Assembly (NCBI GenBank): GCA_963831175.1 | Contig: CAWHOZ010000006.1 | Coordinates: forward strand, 15,833-79,832 | DNA from: an uncultured Alphaproteobacteria bacterium | GTDB lineage: Bacteria; Pseudomonadota; Alphaproteobacteria; Rhizobiales; Hyphomicrobiaceae | Length of the DNA stretch: 64,000 nucleotides | Direction of reading: 5' to 3' | Part shown: piece by piece, positions 53,417 to 64,000 of the stretch | Layout: each line of letters starts with the position of its first letter | Numbering within the stretch: position 1 is the first letter of the stretch | Position numbers and translations under genes: made by a program | Notes under the pieces: model-generated | Seen by the model: only the letters and a program-made list of their open reading frames with translations | Told to the model about the DNA's origin: nothing | Database searches by the model: none

Positions 53417-54322
53417 ATGCCTGAGTTGCCTGAAGTCGAGATCGTGCGGCGCGGCCTCGAGCCTGCGCTCGGCGGCCGCGTGTTCGCGCGCGTCGATCAG
53501 CACCGGCCGGATCTCAGATTTCCGTTGCCCGAGAACTTCGCCGCGCGCCTTCGCGGCCGCAAGGTCGAGCGCCTGGAGCGGCGGGGAAAGTACCTGCTCG
53601 CCCACCTGACGGGGGGACAAGTCCTGCTCATGCACCTCGGCATGACCGGGTGTTTCACGGTGCATGCACCCGCAAAGCAGGTGCATGCACGCATTGCACG
53701 CGGTGTGCACGGCACCGTTAAGGATAACGATGTCGCCGTGCGCGGAACTCACGATCACATCGTGTTCCATATGCAGGGCGGCGGCACCGTCACCTACAAC
53801 GACCCACGACGCTTCGGTTTCATGCTGCTCATTCCCGAGAGCGAGCTGAGCGAGCATCCGCTCATGCATCACCTCGGCATCGAGCCGCTGAGCCAAGCGC
53901 TGACGCCTGAGTATCTGGCGCAGCATGCGCGCGGGAAGAAGGTGTCGCTGAAGCCGTTCCTTTCCGATCAGCGCATCATCGCCGGTCTCGGCAACATCTA
54001 CGCCTGCGAGGCGCTCTATCGGGCGCGCCTATCGCCGAAGCGCGGCGCGGCGACGATCGCCAGCAAGTCCGGCAAGCCTAACGAGCGCGCGCAAGCGCTG
54101 GTGCCGGCAATCCGCGAGGTGCTCGATGATGCCATCAAGGCGGGCGGCTCCTCCATGCGCGACTATCGCCAGGCCAACGGCGAGCTCGGTTCATTCCAGC
54201 ACTCGTTCTGCGTCTACGGCCGCGAAGGCAAGCCGTGCCTGCGCAAGGGCTGCGGCGGCACCGTGCGGCGCATCGTGCAGGCCGGACGCTCGACGTTCTA
54301 TTGTCCGCGCTGTCAGCGCTAG
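53417..54322 (+). CDS. mutM: Formamidopyrimidine-DNA glycosylase
   Basis: [32 protein letters not shown] and C-terminal zinc finger [10 protein letters not shown]. Confidence 0.97.
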   Translation: MPELPEVEIVRRGLEPALGGRVFARVDQHRPDLRFPLPENFAARLRGRKVERLERRGKYLLAHLTGGQVLLMHLGMTGCFTVHAPAKQVHARIARGVHGTVKDNDVAVRGTHDHIVFHMQGGGTVTYNDPRRFGFMLLIPESELSEHPLMHHLGIEPLSQALTPEYLAQHARGKKVSLKPFLSDQRIIAGLGNIYACEALYRARLSPKRGAATIASKSGKPNERAQALVPAIREVLDDAIKAGGSSMRDYRQANGELGSFQHSFCVYGREGKPCLRKGCGGTVRRIVQAGRSTFYCPRCQR

Positions 54323-54484
54323 TGTGATGATCGAGAAATTCGCCGGCGCTTGCCGCAGGTTGCGAGCAAATTTCTCGATCTGAATCACACTAGCAAGCAT
54401 GTGATTCTAGTGTCCCTTATGATTCCGAAGTTCGCTCAGGACACCAGCATCGAGGGTCGGCGAACTTCGGAATCGGGACGCTAG
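54319..54484. repeat. Composite RIME/MITE-like element: two long palindromes, each bounded by CTAG
   Basis: 54319-54393 CTAGTGTGAT..GATCGAGAAATT...AATTTCTCGATC..ATCACACTAG; 54407-54484 CTAGTGTCCC..GATTCCGAAGTTCGC...GCGAACTTCGGAATCGGGACGCTAG. Confidence 0.8.
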
Positions 54485-55095
54485 GCGCTGACTTGCGGTG
54501 CTGAGTGATGGCGCCAATACGCCAGCAGCGAGACGATGGAGATCAGCGCGATCACGATGCCGCCGGCAATGAAGACGTGATTGGCGGCCCAATCCGCCTT
54601 CGTCGTGCGCAGCTTGCCGGAGCCGACAAGATAGGCGAGCCCGACCACGACCGCGACGGCTTGCGCCGCCGTCGCGCCCATGAGGATGTTGAGCGAGGTC
54701 GTGCGCTTTAGAGGGCCGCGGTTCTCGGCCAGATAATTGGCGCACAGCAGCGCTACGCACGCGAGCAGCACCATGCCGGCGCCGTACTGCCACCAGTGTC
54801 GCCAAGCGAGCCCGGAGAGCGAGTAGATTGCGAACATCGCGCTGGCGGCCCAGGCATAGACGAGCGCCGCAAGCACCGTATTGCTCCACATCCAGTCGGC
54901 ATCGGCTGCACGCCCACTGTTCGGTCGCCACAGCGGCTCGTTGATGCGCGCGAGCGCGAACAGCACTTGCAGAGCGAAAAGGCCCGTCGCCAAAGCCAGC
55001 GGCACGCTCGCGCCGCGCGTCGCCGCCAGCACGCCGACGAGGATGCTCAGCGCGAAGGCGAGCAGGAGGGCCGGCAGCATAGGTCTCAATGGCAT
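54481..55095 (-). CDS. Unknown six-TM membrane protein (paralogue A)
   Basis: Six hydrophobic segments; W..WWQY and DWAAN motifs shared with the neighbouring gene. Confidence 0.75.
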   Translation of the reverse strand: MPLRPMLPALLLAFALSILVGVLAATRGASVPLALATGLFALQVLFALARINEPLWRPNSGRAADADWMWSNTVLAALVYAWAASAMFAIYSLSGLAWRHWWQYGAGMVLLACVALLCANYLAENRGPLKRTTSLNILMGATAAQAVAVVVGLAYLVGSGKLRTTKADWAANHVFIAGGIVIALISIVSLLAYWRHHSAPQVSA

Positions 55096-55126
55096 TCAGA
55101 CTTCCGTCACTCGCGTACTTAGCAGG

Positions 55127-55711
55127 TCACGCTCGTCGCGGCGCTGGACCCCACAGCGCGTTTATGCTGATCGCCGCCAGCGCGGCCGCGCCGAAAAAGA
55201 AGATAGCGTTCGCCGCCCAGTCGGGCTCGCGCGGATCGCGCGGCATCTTGTCGTCGATGATCATGCCGACCATGGCGATAACCATGCCGGCGAGCTGACC
55301 GATCGTCAGGTAGCGGGCGATGTTGAGGATGGCGTCGTCCTGACGTCCCGCCGCGGCGTCCTTCGACATCATCGAGGCAAAGTATAGGCACAGCGCCGCG
55401 ACGGCTCCGGCGGCGAGCACGTACTGCCACCATTCGTGCCAGCTCAGCACAAAACGATAGGTCAGCAGCATGCTGAGCGCCGCCCATGCCCAGACGAGGC
55501 CCATGGAGTTGGCCGTCGCGCTAGCCAGCGCCGGTTCGCTGCTCCCGCTGTTCACCAGTCGGCGGCGTTCCCACACGGCGAGCAGCGCAAAGCCGAGGCA
55601 GACGAGCGCGGTCAATGCCATATGCACGTCTCGGCCTCCGACGGCGGCGCTGAGGCAGACGGCAGCCGTGCCGATTGCCAGTGAAACGATCCAAAGCCAA
55701 GCCGAAGTCAT
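55127..55711 (-). CDS. Unknown six-TM membrane protein (paralogue B)
   Basis: Six hydrophobic segments; LVWAWAA, WHEWWQY and DWAANAIF. Confidence 0.75.
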   Translation of the reverse strand: MTSAWLWIVSLAIGTAAVCLSAAVGGRDVHMALTALVCLGFALLAVWERRRLVNSGSSEPALASATANSMGLVWAWAALSMLLTYRFVLSWHEWWQYVLAAGAVAALCLYFASMMSKDAAAGRQDDAILNIARYLTIGQLAGMVIAMVGMIIDDKMPRDPREPDWAANAIFFFGAAALAAISINALWGPAPRRA

Positions 55712-55962
55712 GCTGCCCCTAGCCTCCCGTGCGCGATAAAGCGCCGCCAAGAGACCCCGGAGTGTTCGTTCTGGCAAGCCCACGAGCCGCTTAGCAGGCC
55801 GCCGAGCGCCGTTGACCCTACACTTTGCGGCGTCTATAGGATCGCGACTTAGGCCGCTCGAAGCTCGCGTTTCGGGCGGCTAGCACATTGGAAAATCGCT
55901 GCCCGGGTGGCAGTGCCCGCGGTCAGGACCGATCGCGTGGTGATTTAGAGAGGAAGCACGAC

Positions 55963-56229
55963 ATGGCCAACACGAAGTCTGCAAAGAAGGCGGCACGTCA
56001 GGCGGTACGCCGCACGGAAGTGAACAAGTCGCGCACCACGCGCGCACGCAGCGCCGTGCGTCAGGTCGAGGAAGCCATCGCCGCCGGCAACAAGGACGAC
56101 GCTGCGAAGGCGTTGAAGGCCGCCGCTCCGGTTCTCGCGCGCACCGCGCAGAAGGGCGTGCTGCACAAGAAGACGGCGAGCCGCAAAGTTTCGCGTCTCA
56201 GCGCACGCGTCAAAGCGATGTCAAATTGA
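55963..56229 (+). CDS. rpsT: 30S ribosomal protein S20
   Basis: [10 protein letters not shown] and [16 protein letters not shown]; RBS upstream. Confidence 0.97.
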   Translation: MANTKSAKKAARQAVRRTEVNKSRTTRARSAVRQVEEAIAAGNKDDAAKALKAAAPVLARTAQKGVLHKKTASRKVSRLSARVKAMSN

Positions 56230-56509
56230 GAGTGAGCCTCGCGCTGGCCACTCCAAATCCTGGTGCGGTAAGTTCGCAACAGAGTCACCGCACCATCCAC
56301 CGTCACCACACGAGTCTTAAACAGGCCTAAGTGACGGATTCCGCGACGCTAGAGCGTCGCGAGGCGGGCGCCTCGCCCGGTTTTCGCCGGAATGAGACGG
56401 CGGCGAGCACAAATGGAAAATGACGTTTTGGCGACGTATCAGAGGACAAGTTTCTCTGGTCGCTAGGACGTGTGCGTGGCCCTTGGAAATCATGAACTTG
56501 CTCAGCCAG

Positions 56510-56518
56510 CTATCCACA
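56510..56518 (+). promoter_or_regulatory. DnaA-box-like sequence CTATCCACA
   Basis: 8/9 match to TTATCCACA in the rpsT-rhodanese-dnaA spacer. Confidence 0.45.
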
Positions 56519-56609
56519 GAAGCTGTATCGAATTCACAGGATTTCCACTGTTCTCTGCCGGCGGTCGCACACCTCTGCAACCGAGCGCGCGGACGCCTGT
56601 TATGCTTGC

Positions 56610-56624
56610 TTAAGGCAAAGTTAA
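56610..56624 (+). promoter_or_regulatory. CtrA-binding box TTAA-N7-TTAA
   Basis: TTAA-ggcaaag-TTAA, exact consensus spacing, upstream of rhodanese-dnaA. Confidence 0.65.
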
Positions 56625-56863
56625 GAGCTACGGTTATGGAGGTCGCCGCGCTAGGATTTATCCAGCGTTCCAGCGCAGGTCGCCGCCAGGTTTTGTACAG
56701 TATCGCGTCCCTGGTTTCAGCGTAACTTCTGTGCGTATTTGCGTACCTTTCCGGGCACACTTGCCTGGCAAGCCGAGAGGTTGTTCTCTTTAGCTACTTC
56801 GATTTTGTGAGCAGACTGTTCTGAAGCGTTTGTTCAGCGCGGTCTGTGAGTGGAGGACGTAAA

Positions 56864-57307
56864 GTGCAGTCGTTGGAAGTCGTCCACATCGAGGACGTGC
56901 CTGTGGAAGAGGTCTGGGCACACCTCGCGAAGGATGCAGGGTCAGTTCTGATCGACGTACGTACGCGAGCAGAGTGGACCTTCGTGGGACTCCCCGATCT
57001 CAACGAGATCGGTAAGCGGGTTCTCACGGTCGAATGGCAGACGTGCCCCGAAAGCAAAATCGATGCGGGCTTCTCGGAGCGGATGACCAAGGCGCTCGAT
57101 GCGGCGGGCGCCACTAAAGACAACGAACTGTTTTTCATTTGTCGATCCGGCGCGCGCAGTCGCATGGCAGCGGAAGCCATGGCGAACGTCGGCTATCGAC
57201 GATGCAGGAATGTGGCGGACGGTTTCGAGGGGCCTCTCGACGCCGATCGCCATCGAGGGCAGGTCGCCGGTTGGAAGGCGGCCGGTCTAGCTTGGGTGCA
57301 AGGTTAG
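56864..57307 (+). CDS. Single-domain rhodanese-like protein
   Basis: LIDVRTRAEW.FVG.P, ICRSGARS, GFEG and GWK..GL.W; GTG start with GGAGGA RBS. Confidence 0.9.
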   Translation: MQSLEVVHIEDVPVEEVWAHLAKDAGSVLIDVRTRAEWTFVGLPDLNEIGKRVLTVEWQTCPESKIDAGFSERMTKALDAAGATKDNELFFICRSGARSRMAAEAMANVGYRRCRNVADGFEGPLDADRHRGQVAGWKAAGLAWVQG

Positions 57308-57437
57308 CGCACCCGTTTCGGAAGACCTGAACAGAAGCGATTGCGCAGCCGCGGCGGCGGAAGGCGACGGTCGAATTTTGTCCGGGTGACTTTGAGGTGC
57401 AAGTCGAAAAAGTTCAAAAAGTGCGGGGGTTTCACAC

Positions 57438-59015
57438 ATGCAGACAATTCACAAGGCGGAACGTACCGTTGCAGGCGGCGGCTTTGCGGGCGCAGCTCCC
57501 AGCGGACTAGACGAGCGTACGACGACCACTACGGCCACTTCCTCTCCCACGGCCCTTACTGCCGTCCCGACCGCTGACGAGCCGCGCGGCCAGAAGGTGC
57601 GGGCCATGCTGCGCGCGCAGCTTGGCGACGACATCTTCATGAGCTGGTTTCACACGCTCGAGTTCGAGAGCTTCGAAGCCGGCACGGTCAAGTTCTCGGT
57701 CCCGGTCAAGTTTCTGAGAACCTGGATCCAGTCGCACTACTCCGAGGCTCTCCTCGGCTGCTGCCGCGCCGAGTTCAAAGGCGCGGAGAAGGTCGAGGTT
57801 GCCCTGCGCCAGCCGGGCAACAACGCCAACGCGCGTCCCGAGGTCGAGGCAGAGGCTGCCGAACCGGCCAATGGCGCTCGCAACGGCGCACATGCCGACA
57901 ACGGCCAGCGCGGCCCAATGTACGTGGCTTCCATCCCGGCAGCCGGACGTACGAGCGTCGGCGGCTTCGAGGGCTCGCCTCTCGATCCGCGCTACACGTT
58001 CGATAGCTTCGTCGTCGGATCGTCGAACCGCATGGCGCACGCCGGTGCAACGCAGGTCGCCGAGACGGCGCTCGGCGAGGCTCCGGGGTTCAATCCGCTC
58101 TACATTCACTCGGCGGTCGGCCTCGGCAAGACGCATCTTCTGCACGCCATCGCCTGGGAGGTGAAGCGCCGGGCGCCCAACGCGCAGGTGCTCTATCTCA
58201 CGGCCGAGCGCTTCCGCTATCAGTTCGTCGAAGCCCTGCGCAGCCAAGACCCGCTGGCCTTCAAGGAGAAGTTCCGCGGAATCAACGTGCTGCTCATCGA
58301 CGACCTGGAGTTCATGCACGGTGAGCGCACCGAGCAGGAGTTCGACCACATCATCAACTCGCTGCTCGACGGCGGGCGGCAGGTGGTCGTCGCTTCGGCT
58401 CGTGCGCCCAACCACGTCGAGCGGCTCAACGAGCGCATGCGCTCGCGCCTGCAACGTGGCCTCGTCACCGAGATCGGCACGCTCGATCAGGAGCTGCGCC
58501 TGAAGGTCCTGGAGAAGCGTCTCGCCGAAAAGCGGGCCAACGATCCGTCCTTCGCGCTCAGCCGCGAAATCCTGACGCTGCTGGCCGAGCGGCTGACGGA
58601 AAGCGGACGCGAGCTCGAGGGCGCCATCACCCGCCTCTACGCGACGTGGCAGTACATGCGCACCAGCATTACGCCAGACGTCGCCGAGACGGTGATCCGC
58701 GATCTCGTGCAAGGTCTCGAGCCGCGGCGCATCAAGATCGAGGACATCCTGCGCATCATCTCGCGCCACTTCGGGGTGTCGAAGGGCGACCTGCTCTCGC
58801 AGCGCCGCCATCGCTCGGTCGTGTGGCCGCGTCAGATCGGCATGTATCTCGCCAAGCAGCTAACCGCGCGTTCGCTGCCCGAGATCGGCCGCCGCTTCGG
58901 CAATCGCGACCATACGACAGTGTTGCACGCAATCCGCAAGATCGAAGGCGAACTGGCCGGCAATCCCCGACTCAAGGAAGAACTCGAGGAACTGAAACGT
59001 ATCCTCAGCCATTGA
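57438..59015 (+). CDS. dnaA: Chromosomal replication initiator
   Basis: YTFDSFVVG, NPLYIH..VGLGKTHL, LLIDD, RELEGA and RDHTTVLHA. Confidence 0.98.
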   Translation: MQTIHKAERTVAGGGFAGAAPSGLDERTTTTTATSSPTALTAVPTADEPRGQKVRAMLRAQLGDDIFMSWFHTLEFESFEAGTVKFSVPVKFLRTWIQSHYSEALLGCCRAEFKGAEKVEVALRQPGNNANARPEVEAEAAEPANGARNGAHADNGQRGPMYVASIPAAGRTSVGGFEGSPLDPRYTFDSFVVGSSNRMAHAGATQVAETALGEAPGFNPLYIHSAVGLGKTHLLHAIAWEVKRRAPNAQVLYLTAERFRYQFVEALRSQDPLAFKEKFRGINVLLIDDLEFMHGERTEQEFDHIINSLLDGGRQVVVASARAPNHVERLNERMRSRLQRGLVTEIGTLDQELRLKVLEKRLAEKRANDPSFALSREILTLLAERLTESGRELEGAITRLYATWQYMRTSITPDVAETVIRDLVQGLEPRRIKIEDILRIISRHFGVSKGDLLSQRRHRSVVWPRQIGMYLAKQLTARSLPEIGRRFGNRDHTTVLHAIRKIEGELAGNPRLKEELEELKRILSH

Positions 59016-59363
59016 GGGATGCCCGTCACGGAACGGCCCGCCGTGCTTTGGGCGAGTGCGACGGGCTTTAGCGGGGAGGGGCGGCGTCGTACGGCGCCGC
59101 TCCTTTGCCGTAGATATAGCCCAGCATCAGGGGCCGGAACCCCGCCGAAAGGCGCGGCTCGGCCCCGCGTTTGAAGCGGCTCGGCCGCGCCCCTTGAAAA
59201 TGATCTCGGCATCAGGTCATGTTGACCAGGGGGCGAATCCTTTAAAAGACCGCAGTCTCTGGTCCCACCCCGCTCCCCCCTCTCAACAAGGGCCGCCTTA
59301 CCGCGTCGATGCGAGGCCGGGCGGCTCTGAAATGGCGCAAAAGAACCCGCCGAGGATCCTCCC

Positions 59364-60482
59364 ATGCGGCTTGTGATCGAACGTGGTGAACTCTTGCGGG
59401 CGCTCGGCCACGTGACGAGCGTCGTCGAGCGGCGCACGACGATCCCCATACTGTCGAACGTGCTGCTGCGGGTGCGCGAGTCGACACTCGAATTCAAGGC
59501 GACCGACCTCGAGCGCGAGGTCATCGAGGGCGTCGCCGCCGACGTCAGCCAGCCCGGCGCCGTCACCGTGCCCGCGCACATGCTGCACGACATCGTTCGC
59601 AAGCTGCCCGACGGCAGCCAGGTCGACATTCGCAAGGACGCGGAGAAGGAGCGGCTGACGCTCGCCGCCGGTCACGCGCGCTTTGCGCTGCAGACGCTGC
59701 CGGCGGAGGATTTCCCCGACATCGGCATCGGCGAGATGGGCCACGAGTTCGAGCTCACCGCGCAGGACCTGAAGCGGCTGATCGACAAGACGCGCTTTGC
59801 CATCTCGACGGAAGAGACGCGCTACTACCTCAACGGCATCTACCTGCACACCGCGCAGTCGGGCAACAAGACGACGCTGCGCGCCGTGGCGACGGACGGG
59901 CATCGCCTCGCCCAGGTCGAGCTGCCGCTGCCGAAGGGCGCCGAGGGCATGCCGGGCGTCATCATCCCGCGCAAGACGGTGCACGAGCTCAATCGCCTGA
60001 TCGAGGACAGCGCCGCCGGCGTGAAGGTGGCGGTGAGCCCCGCCAAGGTACGCTTCGAGATCGGCAGCGTGACGCTGACCTCGAAGCTGATCGACGGCAC
60101 CTTCCCCGACTACGGCCGCGTCATCCCGCAGGGCAACGACAAGGAGATGACCGTCTCCAACGCCGAGTTCATCGGCGCCGTCGACCGCGTGTCGACCATC
60201 GCCTCGGAGCGCGGCCGCGCCGTGAAGCTCAACATCAAGCCGGACAAGCTGGTGCTGTCGGTCAACAACCCGGAGGGCGGCAGCGCCACCGAGGAGATCG
60301 GCGTCGAGTATGCCTCGACACCCCTTGAGATCGGCTTCAACGCTAAATATCTGCTCGATATCGCCGGCCAGCTCGAGGGCGAGCGGGCGACGTTCAAGCT
60401 CGCCGATCCGGGCTCGCCCACCATGGTCAACGACCCGGGCGACGCGACGGCGCTCTACGTGCTGATGCCGATGCGCGTGTAG
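59364..60482 (+). CDS. dnaN: DNA polymerase III beta clamp
   Basis: TIPILSN, ATDLE, ETRYYLNG, VATDGHRL, LIDGTFPDY and VLMPMRV. Confidence 0.98.
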   Translation: MRLVIERGELLRALGHVTSVVERRTTIPILSNVLLRVRESTLEFKATDLEREVIEGVAADVSQPGAVTVPAHMLHDIVRKLPDGSQVDIRKDAEKERLTLAAGHARFALQTLPAEDFPDIGIGEMGHEFELTAQDLKRLIDKTRFAISTEETRYYLNGIYLHTAQSGNKTTLRAVATDGHRLAQVELPLPKGAEGMPGVIIPRKTVHELNRLIEDSAAGVKVAVSPAKVRFEIGSVTLTSKLIDGTFPDYGRVIPQGNDKEMTVSNAEFIGAVDRVSTIASERGRAVKLNIKPDKLVLSVNNPEGGSATEEIGVEYASTPLEIGFNAKYLLDIAGQLEGERATFKLADPGSPTMVNDPGDATALYVLMPMRV

Positions 60483-60532
60483 CCGTGGCGTTGTCCGCCC
60501 GGCGCACCGCTACACAACGCGCAATATAGCTC

Positions 60533-61711
60533 ATGCTTTGGGTCGAGCGGCTCACGCTTTCCAACTTCCGCAACTACACGCATGCCGCGGTCGAGGCCGG
60601 CCCCGAGCCGCAGGTGCTGATCGGTGCCAACGGCGCCGGCAAGACCAACCTGCTGGAAGCGGTATCGCTGCTGGCGCCGGGCCAGGGTATGCGCCGCGCC
60701 GCGTACCCCGATCTGGCGCGCGGCACGGGCGACGGCAGCTGGGCGGTCGCCGCGCACACGCATACGCACATGGGGCCGGTGGACATCGGCACAGGGCTGC
60801 TCGCCGAGAACGCAGACTCCGATCGCGCCGGCCGCCTCGTGCGCATCAACGGCGAGGCGGCGGCCGGCTCCGGCGCGCTCGCCGACTATGTCGAGGTCGT
60901 GTGGGTGACGCCGGCGATGGACGGCCTGTTCACCGGGCCGGGCGCGGAGCGCCGCCGCTTTCTCGACCGGCTGATCCTTTGTTTCGACCCGGGCTATCGC
61001 ACCGGCGCCGGGCGCTTCGAGCGCGCCATGCAGCAACGCAACCGGCTGCTCGCCGACGGCGTACGCGACAACGCGCGCTTCGAGGGCCTCGAAATGCTGA
61101 TGGCGGAGACGGGCACGGCGATCGCCGCGGCACGCGCCGAGGCCGTCGCGGGCCTTGCGGCGATCATGGCCGAGCGCACGGCGCGCGATCCGTCTTCGCC
61201 GTTTCCGGCGGCCGGCCTGGCGCTGGAGGGCGCGCTGGAAGCGGACCTCGAACGCATGCCGGCGGTCGAGGTGGAAGATAGCTACGCCCAGCGGCTGCGT
61301 GAGGGCCGCGAGCGCGACCGGGCGGCGGGGCGCACGCTCGATGGCCCGCACCGCTCCGATTTGCTCGTAGCGCACGCGCCCAAGGCCATGCCGGCGCGGC
61401 TGTGCTCGACCGGCGAGCAGAAGGCGCTGCTGATCGGCCTGATCCTCGCCCACGCCGAGCTCGTCGCCCGCCGCCGCGAGGGCGCGCCGATCCTGCTGCT
61501 CGACGAGGTGACGGCGCATTTGGACGCTGAACGGCGGGCGGCGCTGTTCGAGGAAATTCTGCGTTTGGGGGCCCAGGCGTGGATGACCGGGACCGACGCT
61601 CAAGCCTTCTCCTGGCTCGCCGGGAAGGCCCGATTCTGGCGCGTCGAGGACGGTCATTTGAGCACTTTCGACGGGCACTCTGTCCAAGGTGCCGCAGCGC
61701 CACCTAACTAG
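60533..61711 (+). CDS. recF: DNA replication/repair protein RecF
   Basis: NFRNY, GANGAGKTNLLEA, ERRRFLDR, GPHRSD, STGEQK and LLLDEV.AHLD. Confidence 0.97.
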   Translation: MLWVERLTLSNFRNYTHAAVEAGPEPQVLIGANGAGKTNLLEAVSLLAPGQGMRRAAYPDLARGTGDGSWAVAAHTHTHMGPVDIGTGLLAENADSDRAGRLVRINGEAAAGSGALADYVEVVWVTPAMDGLFTGPGAERRRFLDRLILCFDPGYRTGAGRFERAMQQRNRLLADGVRDNARFEGLEMLMAETGTAIAAARAEAVAGLAAIMAERTARDPSSPFPAAGLALEGALEADLERMPAVEVEDSYAQRLREGRERDRAAGRTLDGPHRSDLLVAHAPKAMPARLCSTGEQKALLIGLILAHAELVARRREGAPILLLDEVTAHLDAERRAALFEEILRLGAQAWMTGTDAQAFSWLAGKARFWRVEDGHLSTFDGHSVQGAAAPPN

Positions 61712-61823
61712 CGGAAAATACGAACATTTTTGTTGGGACCTGGAGCGCCGAAAAGGTGCTTTTCGCGGGCTTTTGTGGTATACATCAAAACAAGGCCGAA
61801 CGACCCCTAGGACAATCCGAAAA

Positions 61824-64000
<2,177 letters not shown>

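Overview
High-GC alphaproteobacterial chromosome segment, probably Hyphomicrobium/Hyphomicrobiaceae-like and methylotrophic (taxon inferred from gene content only). Left part (1-12.3 kb) is an accessory patch ending at tRNA-Ala(CGC): NAD-dependent formate dehydrogenase, MarR with an alpha/beta-hydrolase, porin, idi, a SoxYZ-like carrier, an alkaline-phosphatase-family (EboF-like) remnant and a lactate permease. Middle part: yggT-yggU-folD, comM with a LexA box, a PP2C/2xFHA/Ser-Thr kinase-WD40 signalling cluster, cydAB, the serine-cycle operon sga-mcl-mtkA-mtkB-ppc preceded by an atypical response regulator, fhs, the four-gene Anbu operon, ugd, fbp-prk-rpe without RubisCO, and an orphan DUF2793 tail-fibre-like gene. 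Right part: ubiE, mutM, two paralogous unknown membrane genes and rpsT-rhodanese-dnaA-dnaN-recF-gyrB. Roughly 20 or more genes, including gyrB, carry single-base frameshifts, most likely long-read indel errors, so coordinates of those genes are reconstructions. Best candidates for undescribed biology: the self-contained eukaryote-like phospho-signalling cluster, the Asp-less response regulator with a candidate operator in front of the serine-cycle operon, RubisCO-less fbp-prk-rpe with a CbbR/QscR-type site, a candidate anti-SD sRNA, and a GTA-type tail fibre with an inserted domain.
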